Source: Candidatus Tremblayella phenacoccinincola (GTDB lineage Bacteria; Pseudomonadota; Gammaproteobacteria; Burkholderiales; Burkholderiaceae). From it: a DNA stretch of 14,257 bases. The translations under genes were made by a program, and so were the position numbers. The DNA lies in NCBI RefSeq assembly GCF_002682985.1, contig NZ_MKGN01000020.1:1-14257 (forward strand), given 5' to 3'. A model generated the notes under the pieces. That model was not told where the DNA came from. It ran no database searches and saw only the letters and a program-made list of their open reading frames with translations. This document shows, piece by piece, positions 1 through 10,766 of the stretch (positions within the stretch are counted from its first letter, which is position 1; the number at the start of each line of letters is the position of its first letter).

Positions 1-99
1 AGGGTTGATAGTCTAGGAGAACAGCCTTAAAGTATGTATGATGAGGCTATCGTATATGTATGAGGCTAACGAAGCTAACGAAACAATGAACAGACTGAC

Positions 100-330
100 A
101 GCAGAACATACTACTGCTTTCCACCCCAACCTTCTCCGGGATACCTTTCCTACTGAGAGTTCCCACACATACTCCCTCACAAACATCCTCTTCTGTTTAC
201 TACTGACCCTAACTCCACTACCTACTATCCAGAACCACCTACTAATCATTCCAGAGATTAACCCAGAACACCCCTATGTTCTCCCTCGCTACTGCCTTAG
301 GGTTATGATGTCTAATAAATGCTACTGTCT
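100..330 (+). repeat. Non-coding C-rich, G-poor tract carrying 7 same-orientation copies of CTACT[G/A]
   Basis: CTACTG occurs at 111, 150, 200, 289 and 322. CTACTA occurs at 222 and 239. A hand count over 101-300 gives ~76 C against ~19 G. The hexamer copies fall in all three phases of the overlapping 38..370 ORF, so the repeat is not codon-based. CCAGAAC also recurs at 230 and 264. Confidence 0.6.
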
Positions 331-364
331 AATAGATATAGACTCTCCTTTAGAACCTGAAAGA

Positions 365-481
365 GCCTGACATTACTTACCTTTGCGTGGAACATGACCA
401 CACTATTCTCAGCGTAAGCCCGTTTCACTCAACCTGTTCGGAATGGGAAGGTGTGGTTCCAATCTTCTGTATATGTCAGGC
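365..481 (-). rRNA. rrf: 5S ribosomal RNA
   Basis: The reverse complement reads GCCTGACATATACAGAAGATTGGAACCACACCTTCCCATTCCGAACAGGTTGAGTGAAACGGGC...AATAGTGTGG...AATGTCAGGC. It aligns along its length to bacterial 5S (CCGAAC, GTGAAAC, AGTGTGG blocks). The terminal helix GCCTGAC/GTCAGGC closes it. It is ~117 nt and lies 13 nt downstream of 23S. Confidence 0.93.
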
Positions 482-494
482 TTGTATTAAATAT

Positions 495-3407
<2,913 letters not shown>

Positions 3408-3472
3408 TACATACAGAACCACAATGATAGAAAGCATGAACGTTCGAACAGCTCCCCTTTTTATATGTTGTT
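3408..3472 (-). other. 16S-23S internal transcribed spacer, 65 nt, no tRNA gene
   Basis: This is the interval between the 16S 3' end (...GGATTACCTCCTTT) and the 23S 5' end (GGTTTAAG...). It is too short for a tRNA and has no T-arm or acceptor structure. It contains the 3' half of the 16S processing helix (3434-3452). Confidence 0.85.
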
Positions 3473-5035
<1,563 letters not shown>

Positions 5036-5048
5036 ATAACTCCCGAAT

Positions 5049-5061
5049 ACTTAAGAATGTT
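5049..5061 (-). repeat. 13-bp exact direct repeat, copy 1 (ACTTAAGAATGTT on +; AACAUUCUUAAGU in the rRNA leader)
   Basis: This is an identical 13-mer to 5105-5117. The two copies flank the leader half of the processing stem. It contains the palindrome CTTAAG and loosely resembles boxA (UGCUCUUUAACAA). Confidence 0.6.
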
Positions 5062-5067
5062 ATCAAA

Positions 5068-5090
5068 GCTGTGTTCAAATGCGTTCAAGC
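5068..5090 (-). promoter_or_regulatory. Leader half of the 16S-bracketing processing helix (RNase III-type stem), pairing with ITS 3434-3452
   Basis: Leader RNA is GCUUGAACGCAUUUGAACACAGC (rc 5068-5090). ITS RNA is GCUGUUCGAACGUUCAUGC (rc 3434-3452). By hand, 18 of the 19 ITS nt pair, with two 2-nt bulges on the leader side and one U-U mismatch. The halves lie ~33-55 nt upstream and ~21-39 nt downstream of mature 16S, the classical arrangement. Confidence 0.7.
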
Positions 5091-5104
5091 TGAATGGTTA
5101 TGAA

Positions 5105-5117
5105 ACTTAAGAATGTT
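5105..5117 (-). repeat. 13-bp exact direct repeat, copy 2
   Basis: This is an identical 13-mer to 5049-5061, 56 bp away, in the 16S leader. Confidence 0.6.
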
Positions 5118-5434
5118 CCGTCGTTTGAAGGGCTAAACACGGGGGTCAACATAAAAGAATAACAACTATAAAGACCTTCTTTGAGTCCTAAACCTATGAA
5201 GTAAAACCTGCTGTATATGGGTATAGTCTCTAATGGGTTTAGACACACTCTTTATGAATTCTTTTATGGAGGTGTTTCCACAATATATAGTAGAACCTTT
5301 TGATATGAGGGAGCTGTGGGAGAAGGGAACTAACAACTGGTTTATTGGGAGGAAGTAGTCCATAATAAACAAAAGCCGTTAAGAGCTGTGATAGACAAGT
5401 GATGTTATTAATTCTTTACCAAAGGTGAGCTGTT

Positions 5435-6082
5435 ATGTTAAGCGTAATAACTCTGCATCGAAAATGGATTGGTAAATGCAACTTGGCAGCTAAGAAAGAT
5501 AACAACGTTCGAGGCTTCATAAGTGGAATCTTTTCAGCCCCAGTCTCTATAAAACAAGAAGCCGTTGAGAGGCTTTTAAAAGGAAACCAAAGGATGTGCT
5601 GTGTGCTAAATACAGTGTATAAAAGATATAAAAGCTGTGCAGTTACCAAAGCAGTTCAGAGACATTGTGTAAGTGAAGCAGTTATACATATAGACTTCTT
5701 AGCTGTGAACCAAACCGATAGAGTTAATATAAAAGTACCAATCAAGCTCGTAAAAGAACCAAAGAAAGTTGTTGGGTTGTTGTGGACTTTGGTTAAATAT
5801 GAGATAGAAGTGATTTGCTTATGCAACAGAATGCCTAGGTCTTTAGTTTTAGATACCTTTGCATATGAAGTGGAAAGGCATATATTTTACGTTAGAGACC
5901 TTTTCCTTCCTGAACAAGTTGCGTTATCTATGCAGGAGCAACTGAAGAACTCATTATTACTTAACATGCTGTCTATAAAGGCTAAAAAAGCTGCAACAGC
6001 ATCATCATCAACAACAGCATCATCATCAACAACAGCATCATCAACAACAGCATCATCATCAACAACAGCATCATCAGGATGA
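5435..6082 (+). CDS. rplY: 50S ribosomal protein L25 / general stress protein Ctc family, with a low-complexity C-terminal tail
   Basis: 215-aa ORF. The core aligns to Ctc-type L25: VQRHCVSEAVIHIDFLAV..RVNIKVPIKLV....YEIEVICL...P..LVLD.......VRDLFLPEQVAL (compare Q.HP....V.H.DF.AV....V...VPLH.V and LP.GV). A GGTGA Shine-Dalgarno sits 6 nt upstream of the ATG. The gene is divergent from the rRNA operon. The N-terminal GKG..R.LR motif is degenerate. Confidence 0.85.
   Translation: MLSVITLHRKWIGKCNLAAKKDNNVRGFISGIFSAPVSIKQEAVERLLKGNQRMCCVLNTVYKRYKSCAVTKAVQRHCVSEAVIHIDFLAVNQTDRVNIKVPIKLVKEPKKVVGLLWTLVKYEIEVICLCNRMPRSLVLDTFAYEVERHIFYVRDLFLPEQVALSMQEQLKNSLLLNMLSIKAKKAATASSSTTASSSTTASSTTASSSTTASSG
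5996..6076 (+). repeat. In-frame 18-bp tandem repeat (GCATCATCATCAACAACA), ~4.5 copies with one 15-bp copy, encoding (ASSSTT)n at the L25 C-terminus
   Basis: Direct reading gives copies at 5999-6016, 6017-6034, 6035-6049 (15 bp), 6050-6067 and 6068-6076 (partial). The translation is TASSSTTASSSTTASSTTASSSTTASSG-stop. Confidence 0.95.
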
Positions 6083-6170
6083 CCCGAAGTATGACTACTG
6101 TTCCTTGGATTCGAGGTTCTACTTTTAGCCTTTCAAATGAATTCCAATGTAGCGGCTTTTACCAAGAGAG

Positions 6171-7283
6171 TTAATGATGTGCTTTAAGCTTCTCCAACCA
6201 ACTCTTCTGCATCGGGCTATGTTTCAGTTCATCTCGGGTTGCTCTTTCAAATTCCATTAATATACTACGTTGGTATTCACTTAGCTTTATAGGTACTTCA
6301 ATTAAAACGTGAACATACAGACTTCCATTCATGTTAGACCTAATGCTTTTAGCTCCTTTGTCCTTTACTCTGAATATCCTATTGTTTTGAGTCCCTTCTG
6401 GAATGTTAAATGTGACGTTACTTCCTAAAAGAGTGGGAATACTAATATCTCCGCCTAATGCAGCAACGGTAAACTTTATAGGGACATGACAATGTAGATC
6501 ACTTCCATTTCGTTCATAAAGTTGGTGTTGTTTTACATTAACCTCAACAAAAAGATCTCCGTATATGCCTGAAAAGCTAACATCTCCGTGACCAGAAACT
6601 CTAACCTTCATACCACTTTCAATGCCACTTGGTATTTTAACTGATAATCTCTTTCTTTCTTTTATTCTACCAGAACCCTTGCAGCTAACGCATGGATTTG
6701 TTATTACTGTACCTACACCATGACAAGAAGTACAAGGTTGCTGAATGCTAAAGAAGCCTTGAGATATGTGGTTGACTCCAAGACCTGCGCAGCTTGTGCA
6801 TGTTTTAGGCTTTGTACCAGCTTTCGTTCCTGCACCATTACAAGCGTTGCACAATATGTGCCTTGAGAGATGAACCTTTACCTCATGACCCCGGATAGCT
6901 TCCTCTAAAGATAGCTCAGCTTTAGCAAACACATCGGTACCCCTATTAACTCTTTTCTTCCTTCGGTTAGAGCTGGAACCACCAAAGAAGTCTGCAAAGA
7001 TGTCTTCAACCGTTCCAGTGAAACCCCCAAACCCATGACCCATATCTCCTGCCGCTGACTGCTCTCCTAAGCTATGTCCGTATTGATCGTACAATGCGCG
7101 TTTCCTTCTATCCGACAAGACCTCATAGGCTCTCTTTACTTCCTTAAAACAGGCTTCGGAACTGCTGTCTGCGTTTCTATCTGGATGATACTTCATAGCA
7201 AGCTTTCTATATGATTTCTTTATTTCTTCGTCACTTGACTTCCTATCTAAACCCAGCACTTCGTAATAATCCCTTTCTGACAT
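6171..7283 (-). CDS. dnaJ: Molecular chaperone DnaJ (Hsp40)
   Basis: 370 aa. The J-domain is DYYEVLGL...KKSYRKLAMKYHPDRN (HPD present). A G/F-rich linker (GHGFGGFTG...FADFFGG) follows. There are four CxxCxGxG zinc-finger motifs (CNACNGAG, CTSCAGLG, CTSCHGVG, CVSCKGSG). It lies 83 nt downstream of dnaK on the same strand. Confidence 0.95.
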   Translation of the reverse strand: MSERDYYEVLGLDRKSSDEEIKKSYRKLAMKYHPDRNADSSSEACFKEVKRAYEVLSDRRKRALYDQYGHSLGEQSAAGDMGHGFGGFTGTVEDIFADFFGGSSSNRRKKRVNRGTDVFAKAELSLEEAIRGHEVKVHLSRHILCNACNGAGTKAGTKPKTCTSCAGLGVNHISQGFFSIQQPCTSCHGVGTVITNPCVSCKGSGRIKERKRLSVKIPSGIESGMKVRVSGHGDVSFSGIYGDLFVEVNVKQHQLYERNGSDLHCHVPIKFTVAALGGDISIPTLLGSNVTFNIPEGTQNNRIFRVKDKGAKSIRSNMNGSLYVHVLIEVPIKLSEYQRSILMEFERATRDELKHSPMQKSWLEKLKAHH

Positions 7284-7366
7284 TCCTTCAGATATCCTGC
7301 ATTAGATGAACAAAGAGAACAAGCTTGTCGTTCCGTTCCCATTACAAACGCTTTTATGGACTTATG

Positions 7367-9262
7367 TTAGCTTTTGATGTCGGCATCTACAATATTGTTT
7401 TCACTTTCTTTAGGACTGTCTTGGTCTTTAGTGGGTTCTTTTTTGGTAGCATACATTTGTTCTCCAATGACTCTTGACTCTTCAATAAGATGTTTGACTC
7501 TTGAATCAATTATGGACTTATCGTCAGACTTCAGAGCATCTTCAAGAGACTTAATTGATGTTTCTATCTTTTCACGAACATCAGTTTTAAGCTTGCTGCC
7601 GTATTCCTTTAATGACTTCTTGGTACTATGAACTAAAGCATCTCCTTGGTTTTTGGAATTAACGAGCTCTTTTAGCTTCCTGTCCTCCTCTTCGTTTAGC
7701 TTTGCGTCTTCAACCATCTTTGATATTTCGGACTCTGATAAACCTGAGTTAGCCTTTATTGTAATCTTATTCTCTTTACCTGTTGCTTTATCTTTAGCAT
7801 TAACGTGCAATATTCCGTTAGCATCAATATCGAACGTTACCTCGATTTGAGGGATGCCTCTAGGGGAAGGAGGAATGCCTTCAAGGTTAAACTCTCCTAA
7901 AAGCTTGTTCTTAGCAGCTATTTCACGTTCACCTTGGAATACCTTTATGGTTACTGAAGGTTGGTTATCTTCAGCTGTTGAGTAGACCTGTGAGTGTTTA
8001 GTTGGAATGGTGGTGTTTTTGCTTATCATCTTTGTCATTATGCCACCCAAGGTTTCTATACCTAAGGACAATGGTGTTACATCTAACAAAAGAACGTCCT
8101 TTCGCTCACCTGATAAGACTTGTCCTTGAATTGCTGCCCCAATAGCTACTGCTTCATCTGGGTTAATATCTCTTCTAGGTTCTTTCTTGAAGAAGCGTTT
8201 AACTCTCTCTACAACCTTCGGCATTCTAGTTTGACCACCTACGAGAATGATATCATCTATTTCAGACTTGTTTAGCTTAGCGTCTTTGAGAGCTATTCTG
8301 CAGGGTTCCATAGTTTTTTCAATCAAGTCTTCAACCAATGATTCCAGCTTTGCGCATGTCATTTTAAGGTGTAAATGCTTTGGTCCAGCTTTATCGGCAG
8401 TTATGTATGGTAGGTTAACTTCGGTCTGTTGGCTGGACGAAAGCTCTATCTTTGCTTTTTCGGCAACCTCTTTAAGTCTTTGTAGAGCCAAGATATCATT
8501 ACGAAGATCAACACCTTGGTCCTTTTTGAATTCACTTATTATATGTTCCATGACTCTCTGATCGAAGTCTTCACCTCCAAGAAAAGTATCACCGTTGGTC
8601 GCAAGAACCTCAAACTGCTTTTCTCCATCAACATCAGCAATCTCAATAACTGATATGTCAAACGTACCACCACCAAGGTCATATACTGCAATCTTGCGGT
8701 CTTTCACTTCTATTTTATCAAGACCATAAGCTAAAGCAGCTGCTGTTGGTTCATTAATTATTCTTTTAATCTCAAGACCTGCTATTCTTCCCGCGTCCTT
8801 TGTTGCTTGTCTTTGGCTGTCATTGAAGTAGGCAGGAACTGTAATTACAGCTGACTTAACTAGTTCCCCTAGGTAGTCTTCAGCCGTTCTCTTCATCTTT
8901 CGTAGTATCTCAGCAGATATTTGAGGTGGTGCTATCTTTCTACCCCTAATCTCTATCCAAGCATCAGAGTTATCAGCTTTTACTATATTGTACGGCATTA
9001 TATTTATATCTTTCTGAACCTCTTTATCCTCGAACCGACGTCCAATTAAACGCTTGATGGCAAATAAGGTGTTCTGTGGGTTTGTGATAGACTGACGCTT
9101 AGCAGGAGCTCCAACTAAAACCTCGTTATTGCTTTGATATGCTACTACAGAAGGGGTAGTACGGGAACCTTCAGAATTCTCAATAACTCTTGGCTTGCTG
9201 CCTTCCATTACTGCTACGCATGAGTTTGTTGTTCCAAGGTCTATACCTATAATCTTAGTCAT
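7367..9262 (-). CDS. dnaK: Molecular chaperone DnaK (Hsp70)
   Basis: 631 aa with full-length Hsp70 similarity ([67 protein letters not shown]). A GGAG SD sits 5 nt upstream of the ATG. Many strings match betaproteobacterial DnaK rather than E. coli ([83 protein letters not shown]). Confidence 0.97.
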   Translation of the reverse strand: MTKIIGIDLGTTNSCVAVMEGSKPRVIENSEGSRTTPSVVAYQSNNEVLVGAPAKRQSITNPQNTLFAIKRLIGRRFEDKEVQKDINIMPYNIVKADNSDAWIEIRGRKIAPPQISAEILRKMKRTAEDYLGELVKSAVITVPAYFNDSQRQATKDAGRIAGLEIKRIINEPTAAALAYGLDKIEVKDRKIAVYDLGGGTFDISVIEIADVDGEKQFEVLATNGDTFLGGEDFDQRVMEHIISEFKKDQGVDLRNDILALQRLKEVAEKAKIELSSSQQTEVNLPYITADKAGPKHLHLKMTCAKLESLVEDLIEKTMEPCRIALKDAKLNKSEIDDIILVGGQTRMPKVVERVKRFFKKEPRRDINPDEAVAIGAAIQGQVLSGERKDVLLLDVTPLSLGIETLGGIMTKMISKNTTIPTKHSQVYSTAEDNQPSVTIKVFQGEREIAAKNKLLGEFNLEGIPPSPRGIPQIEVTFDIDANGILHVNAKDKATGKENKITIKANSGLSESEISKMVEDAKLNEEEDRKLKELVNSKNQGDALVHSTKKSLKEYGSKLKTDVREKIETSIKSLEDALKSDDKSIIDSRVKHLIEESRVIGEQMYATKKEPTKDQDSPKESENNIVDADIKS

Positions 9263-9294
9263 TTAGTCTCCAGATGTCATGTTGATTAAGAATA

Positions 9295-9615
9295 TTACGC
9301 TTTCCTTGAAGCTATTACTAAAGCGGGTCTAACTATACGATCGTATATTAAGTGGCCTTTATGTAAGCCTGAGGCCACAATGTTGTCTGGTTCAGTTGAT
9401 GCTATTGGTTCTATTGGTTCTAGTATTGATGTTCCTGATGATACTGACTTCTAACAATGGTTGGTTCTTAGAATGCTTCTTCCCCTCTAAAGACAGTTGG
9501 GATTGTTGATAAAGCATTCCGGTCTGGAACAGGCTTGTCGGTTATACGTTTTGTTTATCATGGTCTATGGTTTGTTAAGCGGTTAGCATTGAACAGCAAC
9601 CCAAGAAGCCTCCCC
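9295..9615 (-). pseudogene. grpE: grpE remnant (nucleotide-exchange factor), frameshifted, stop-interrupted and shortened
   Basis: Minus-strand frame 9450..9298 translates to KSVSSGTSILEPIEPIASTEPDNIVASGLHKGHLIYDRIVRPALVIASRKA, with TAA at 9297-9295. This matches the GrpE C-terminal consensus EPNTVV.V.QKGY.L.DRVLRPA.VTVA. An in-frame TAG at 9453-9451 lies upstream and there is no start codon. The FDP..HQA histidine-glutamine (CATCAG, 9440-9435) is in another frame. An LLPV.D-like KPVPD (~9540-9525) is followed by an in-frame TAA. A weak RLL..F.N.R helix remnant (~9611-9561) is in the third frame. The position immediately upstream of dnaK is canonical. The upstream limit is uncertain. Confidence 0.7.
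9403..9420. repeat. 9-bp tandem duplication (TATTGGTTC x2) inside the grpE remnant
   Basis: Direct reading. It encodes the duplicated EPI-EPI on the minus strand. It contributes to the length and frame disruption between the HQ motif and the EP(D/N) block. Confidence 0.9.
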
Positions 9616-9689
9616 CAAAGTGGTTCACAGCTCACATTCTGTTGAATTACGATGTTGTATTAACTGAGCTCACCATAGATACATTCTCT

Positions 9690-9697
9690 AAGGAGGA
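9690..9697 (+). promoter_or_regulatory. Shine-Dalgarno (AAGGAGGA) for the DAHP synthase ATG at 9705
   Basis: AGGAGG at 9691-9696 is perfectly complementary to the CCTCCT tail of this window's 16S. It is 8 nt from the ATG at 9705. Confidence 0.7.
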
Positions 9698-9704
9698 ACA
9701 ACAA

Positions 9705-10766
9705 ATGAGAAGTAGAACGTTCGAATGTGTTGACCCATCAACCTTAAAAGAAAAGCTTAAAGTAAACGTAAGAACCGTAAACTTCATTAGAACCGTGAGA
9801 AGCTCTGTTAAAAGAATTGTAAATGACGTCGATAACAGAGTAATAGTAATAATAGGTCCGTGTTCAATACATGATGTAGAGTCTACAATGGACTACTGCT
9901 ATAGGCTTTCAAAGGTAAGAGCTCAACTACAACAAGACCTTGAAGTTATTATGAGAGCATTTCTTGAAAAGCCTAGAACGTCTGTAGGTTGGAAAGGCCT
10001 GCTAAATGATCCATATCTTGATAGGAGTTCTGCTATCGACAATGGTTTAGAAGCTTCAAGGAAGTTATATCTTCAAATTAACAAAGCTAATGTACCAATA
10101 GGCGCTGAGTGTTTGAATCCAATAGCTGTGTGGTTTATACATGACCTGATATCCTGGGGTGCTATAGGAGCACGTACTACTGAGTCTCAGACCCATAGGG
10201 AAATAGCATCGGGTTTACCCTTTACTGTTGGTTTTAAAAACAATACAGAAGGAGCTATCTCAACTACTATTAATTCGATAACAGCAGCTGGATGTCCACA
10301 CTACTTTCTTTCCGTTAATAAAGCTGGTAAACCATCGACCTTTGCAACCGATGGGAACAGTAGCTGTCACTTGATTCTAAGAGGTGGTCATAAAACAACT
10401 AACTATGACTCTCAAAGCATCAATAACGCTAGTACATATTTAATGCTTACTGGCCTAAAGAGCAAGGTTTTAATAGATGTTAGTCATTCTAACAGTAAGT
10501 CGAACCATGTTGAACAAGCAAGAGTGTGCAAAGAGGTAATAAAACAAATAAACAATGGTGAAAGAAAGATCTTGGGAGTTATGATGGAATCTTACTTAAC
10601 GGAAGGAAAACAAACGAGCAGTGAATGCGATAGTGTTTGTGGATGTGGCTGTAAAGCTAGCTATGGTAAAAGTATTACAGACGCATGTATTGGTTGGCCT
10701 GATAGTGTTGATATGTTTAAAGAGTTAGCAGCTGCAGTTAGAATTAGACGTAAGGACTCACGTTAA
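9705..10766 (+). CDS. aroG: 3-deoxy-7-phosphoheptulonate (DAHP) synthase, class I-alpha (AroF/G/H family)
   Basis: Strong similarity to E. coli AroG throughout: IGPCSIHD, EKPRTSVGWKGLLNDP, WGAIGARTTESQTHRE, GFKNNTEG, CHLILRGG, YGKSITDACIGW. The metal ligands Cys, His, Glu and Asp are all present. The ORF track opens at a TTG (9642, 374 aa). I prefer the ATG at 9705 (353 aa) because of the perfect SD and because it aligns near residue ~9 of E. coli AroG. The isozyme (F/G/H) cannot be assigned from sequence alone. Confidence 0.9.
   Translation: MRSRTFECVDPSTLKEKLKVNVRTVNFIRTVRSSVKRIVNDVDNRVIVIIGPCSIHDVESTMDYCYRLSKVRAQLQQDLEVIMRAFLEKPRTSVGWKGLLNDPYLDRSSAIDNGLEASRKLYLQINKANVPIGAECLNPIAVWFIHDLISWGAIGARTTESQTHREIASGLPFTVGFKNNTEGAISTTINSITAAGCPHYFLSVNKAGKPSTFATDGNSSCHLILRGGHKTTNYDSQSINNASTYLMLTGLKSKVLIDVSHSNSKSNHVEQARVCKEVIKQINNGERKILGVMMESYLTEGKQTSSECDSVCGCGCKASYGKSITDACIGWPDSVDMFKELAAAVRIRRKDSR
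10638..10652 (+). repeat. Hexanucleotide repeat TGTGGA-TGTGGC-TGT encoding CGCGC within a 7-residue insertion of the DAHP synthase
   Basis: Direct reading. The codons are tgt gga tgt ggc tgt. The local protein is EGKQTSSECDSVCGCGCKASYGKS, against E. coli EGNQSLESGEPLAYGKS. Confidence 0.85.

Noticed and set aside
69-83. GAAGCTAAC shared by the left edge (70-78) and right edge (14173-14181), considered as terminal repeats of an inserted element
   Set aside because: It is only a 9-mer, in direct orientation. The chance expectation between two ~300-bp regions is about 0.3. There are no flanking target duplications or transposase.
326-342. Small hairpins as possible intrinsic terminators: GTCTA-N7-TAGAC after 5S, and TTGGATTC...GAATTCCAA at 6105-6147 between rplY and dnaJ
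   Set aside because: The stems are short, AT-rich or bulged, the second has a large loop, and neither has a following U-tract. Neither is convincing as a Rho-independent terminator.
1-364. About 11 GGA motifs on the rRNA-sense strand downstream of 5S, considered as a CsrB/RsmZ-like sponge RNA
   Set aside because: The count is about what the 38% G composition predicts. The motifs are not placed in recognisable hairpin loops.
38-370. 110-aa ORF (+) and overlapping 78-aa ORF (13..249, -) in the left spacer
   Set aside because: Neither has recognisable family similarity or an SD. The plus ORF runs into the 5S gene and is explained by G depletion, which removes TAG and TGA stops. The CTACTG repeat falls in all three phases, which argues against coding.
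5166-5372. 68-aa ORF (-) and small plus-strand ORFs (e.g. 5254..5358, 34 aa) between the 16S gene and rplY
   Set aside because: There are no recognisable motifs and no SD. They sit where the divergent rRNA and rplY promoters must lie. I looked for prs or pth remnants (common rplY neighbours) and saw none.
5416-5649. 77-aa ORF antisense to the start of rplY
   Set aside because: It overlaps a well-supported CDS on the opposite strand and shows no similarity to anything recognisable.
7374-8561. Antisense ORFs opposite dnaK (7374..7631, 7653..7850, 8247..8561) and opposite metE (12873..13187)
   Set aside because: Long antisense frames opposite highly conserved genes such as Hsp70 are a well-known codon-bias artefact. 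The translations are low-complexity and Ser/Leu-rich, with no homology or SD.
9589-9620. Sigma32-like TTGAAC-N17/18-CCCCCAAA on the plus strand upstream of aroG
   Set aside because: The spacer is longer than the 13-15 nt typical of sigma32 promoters, and it faces aroG rather than the chaperone genes. It is likely chance within the grpE remnant. No other promoter could be called confidently either.
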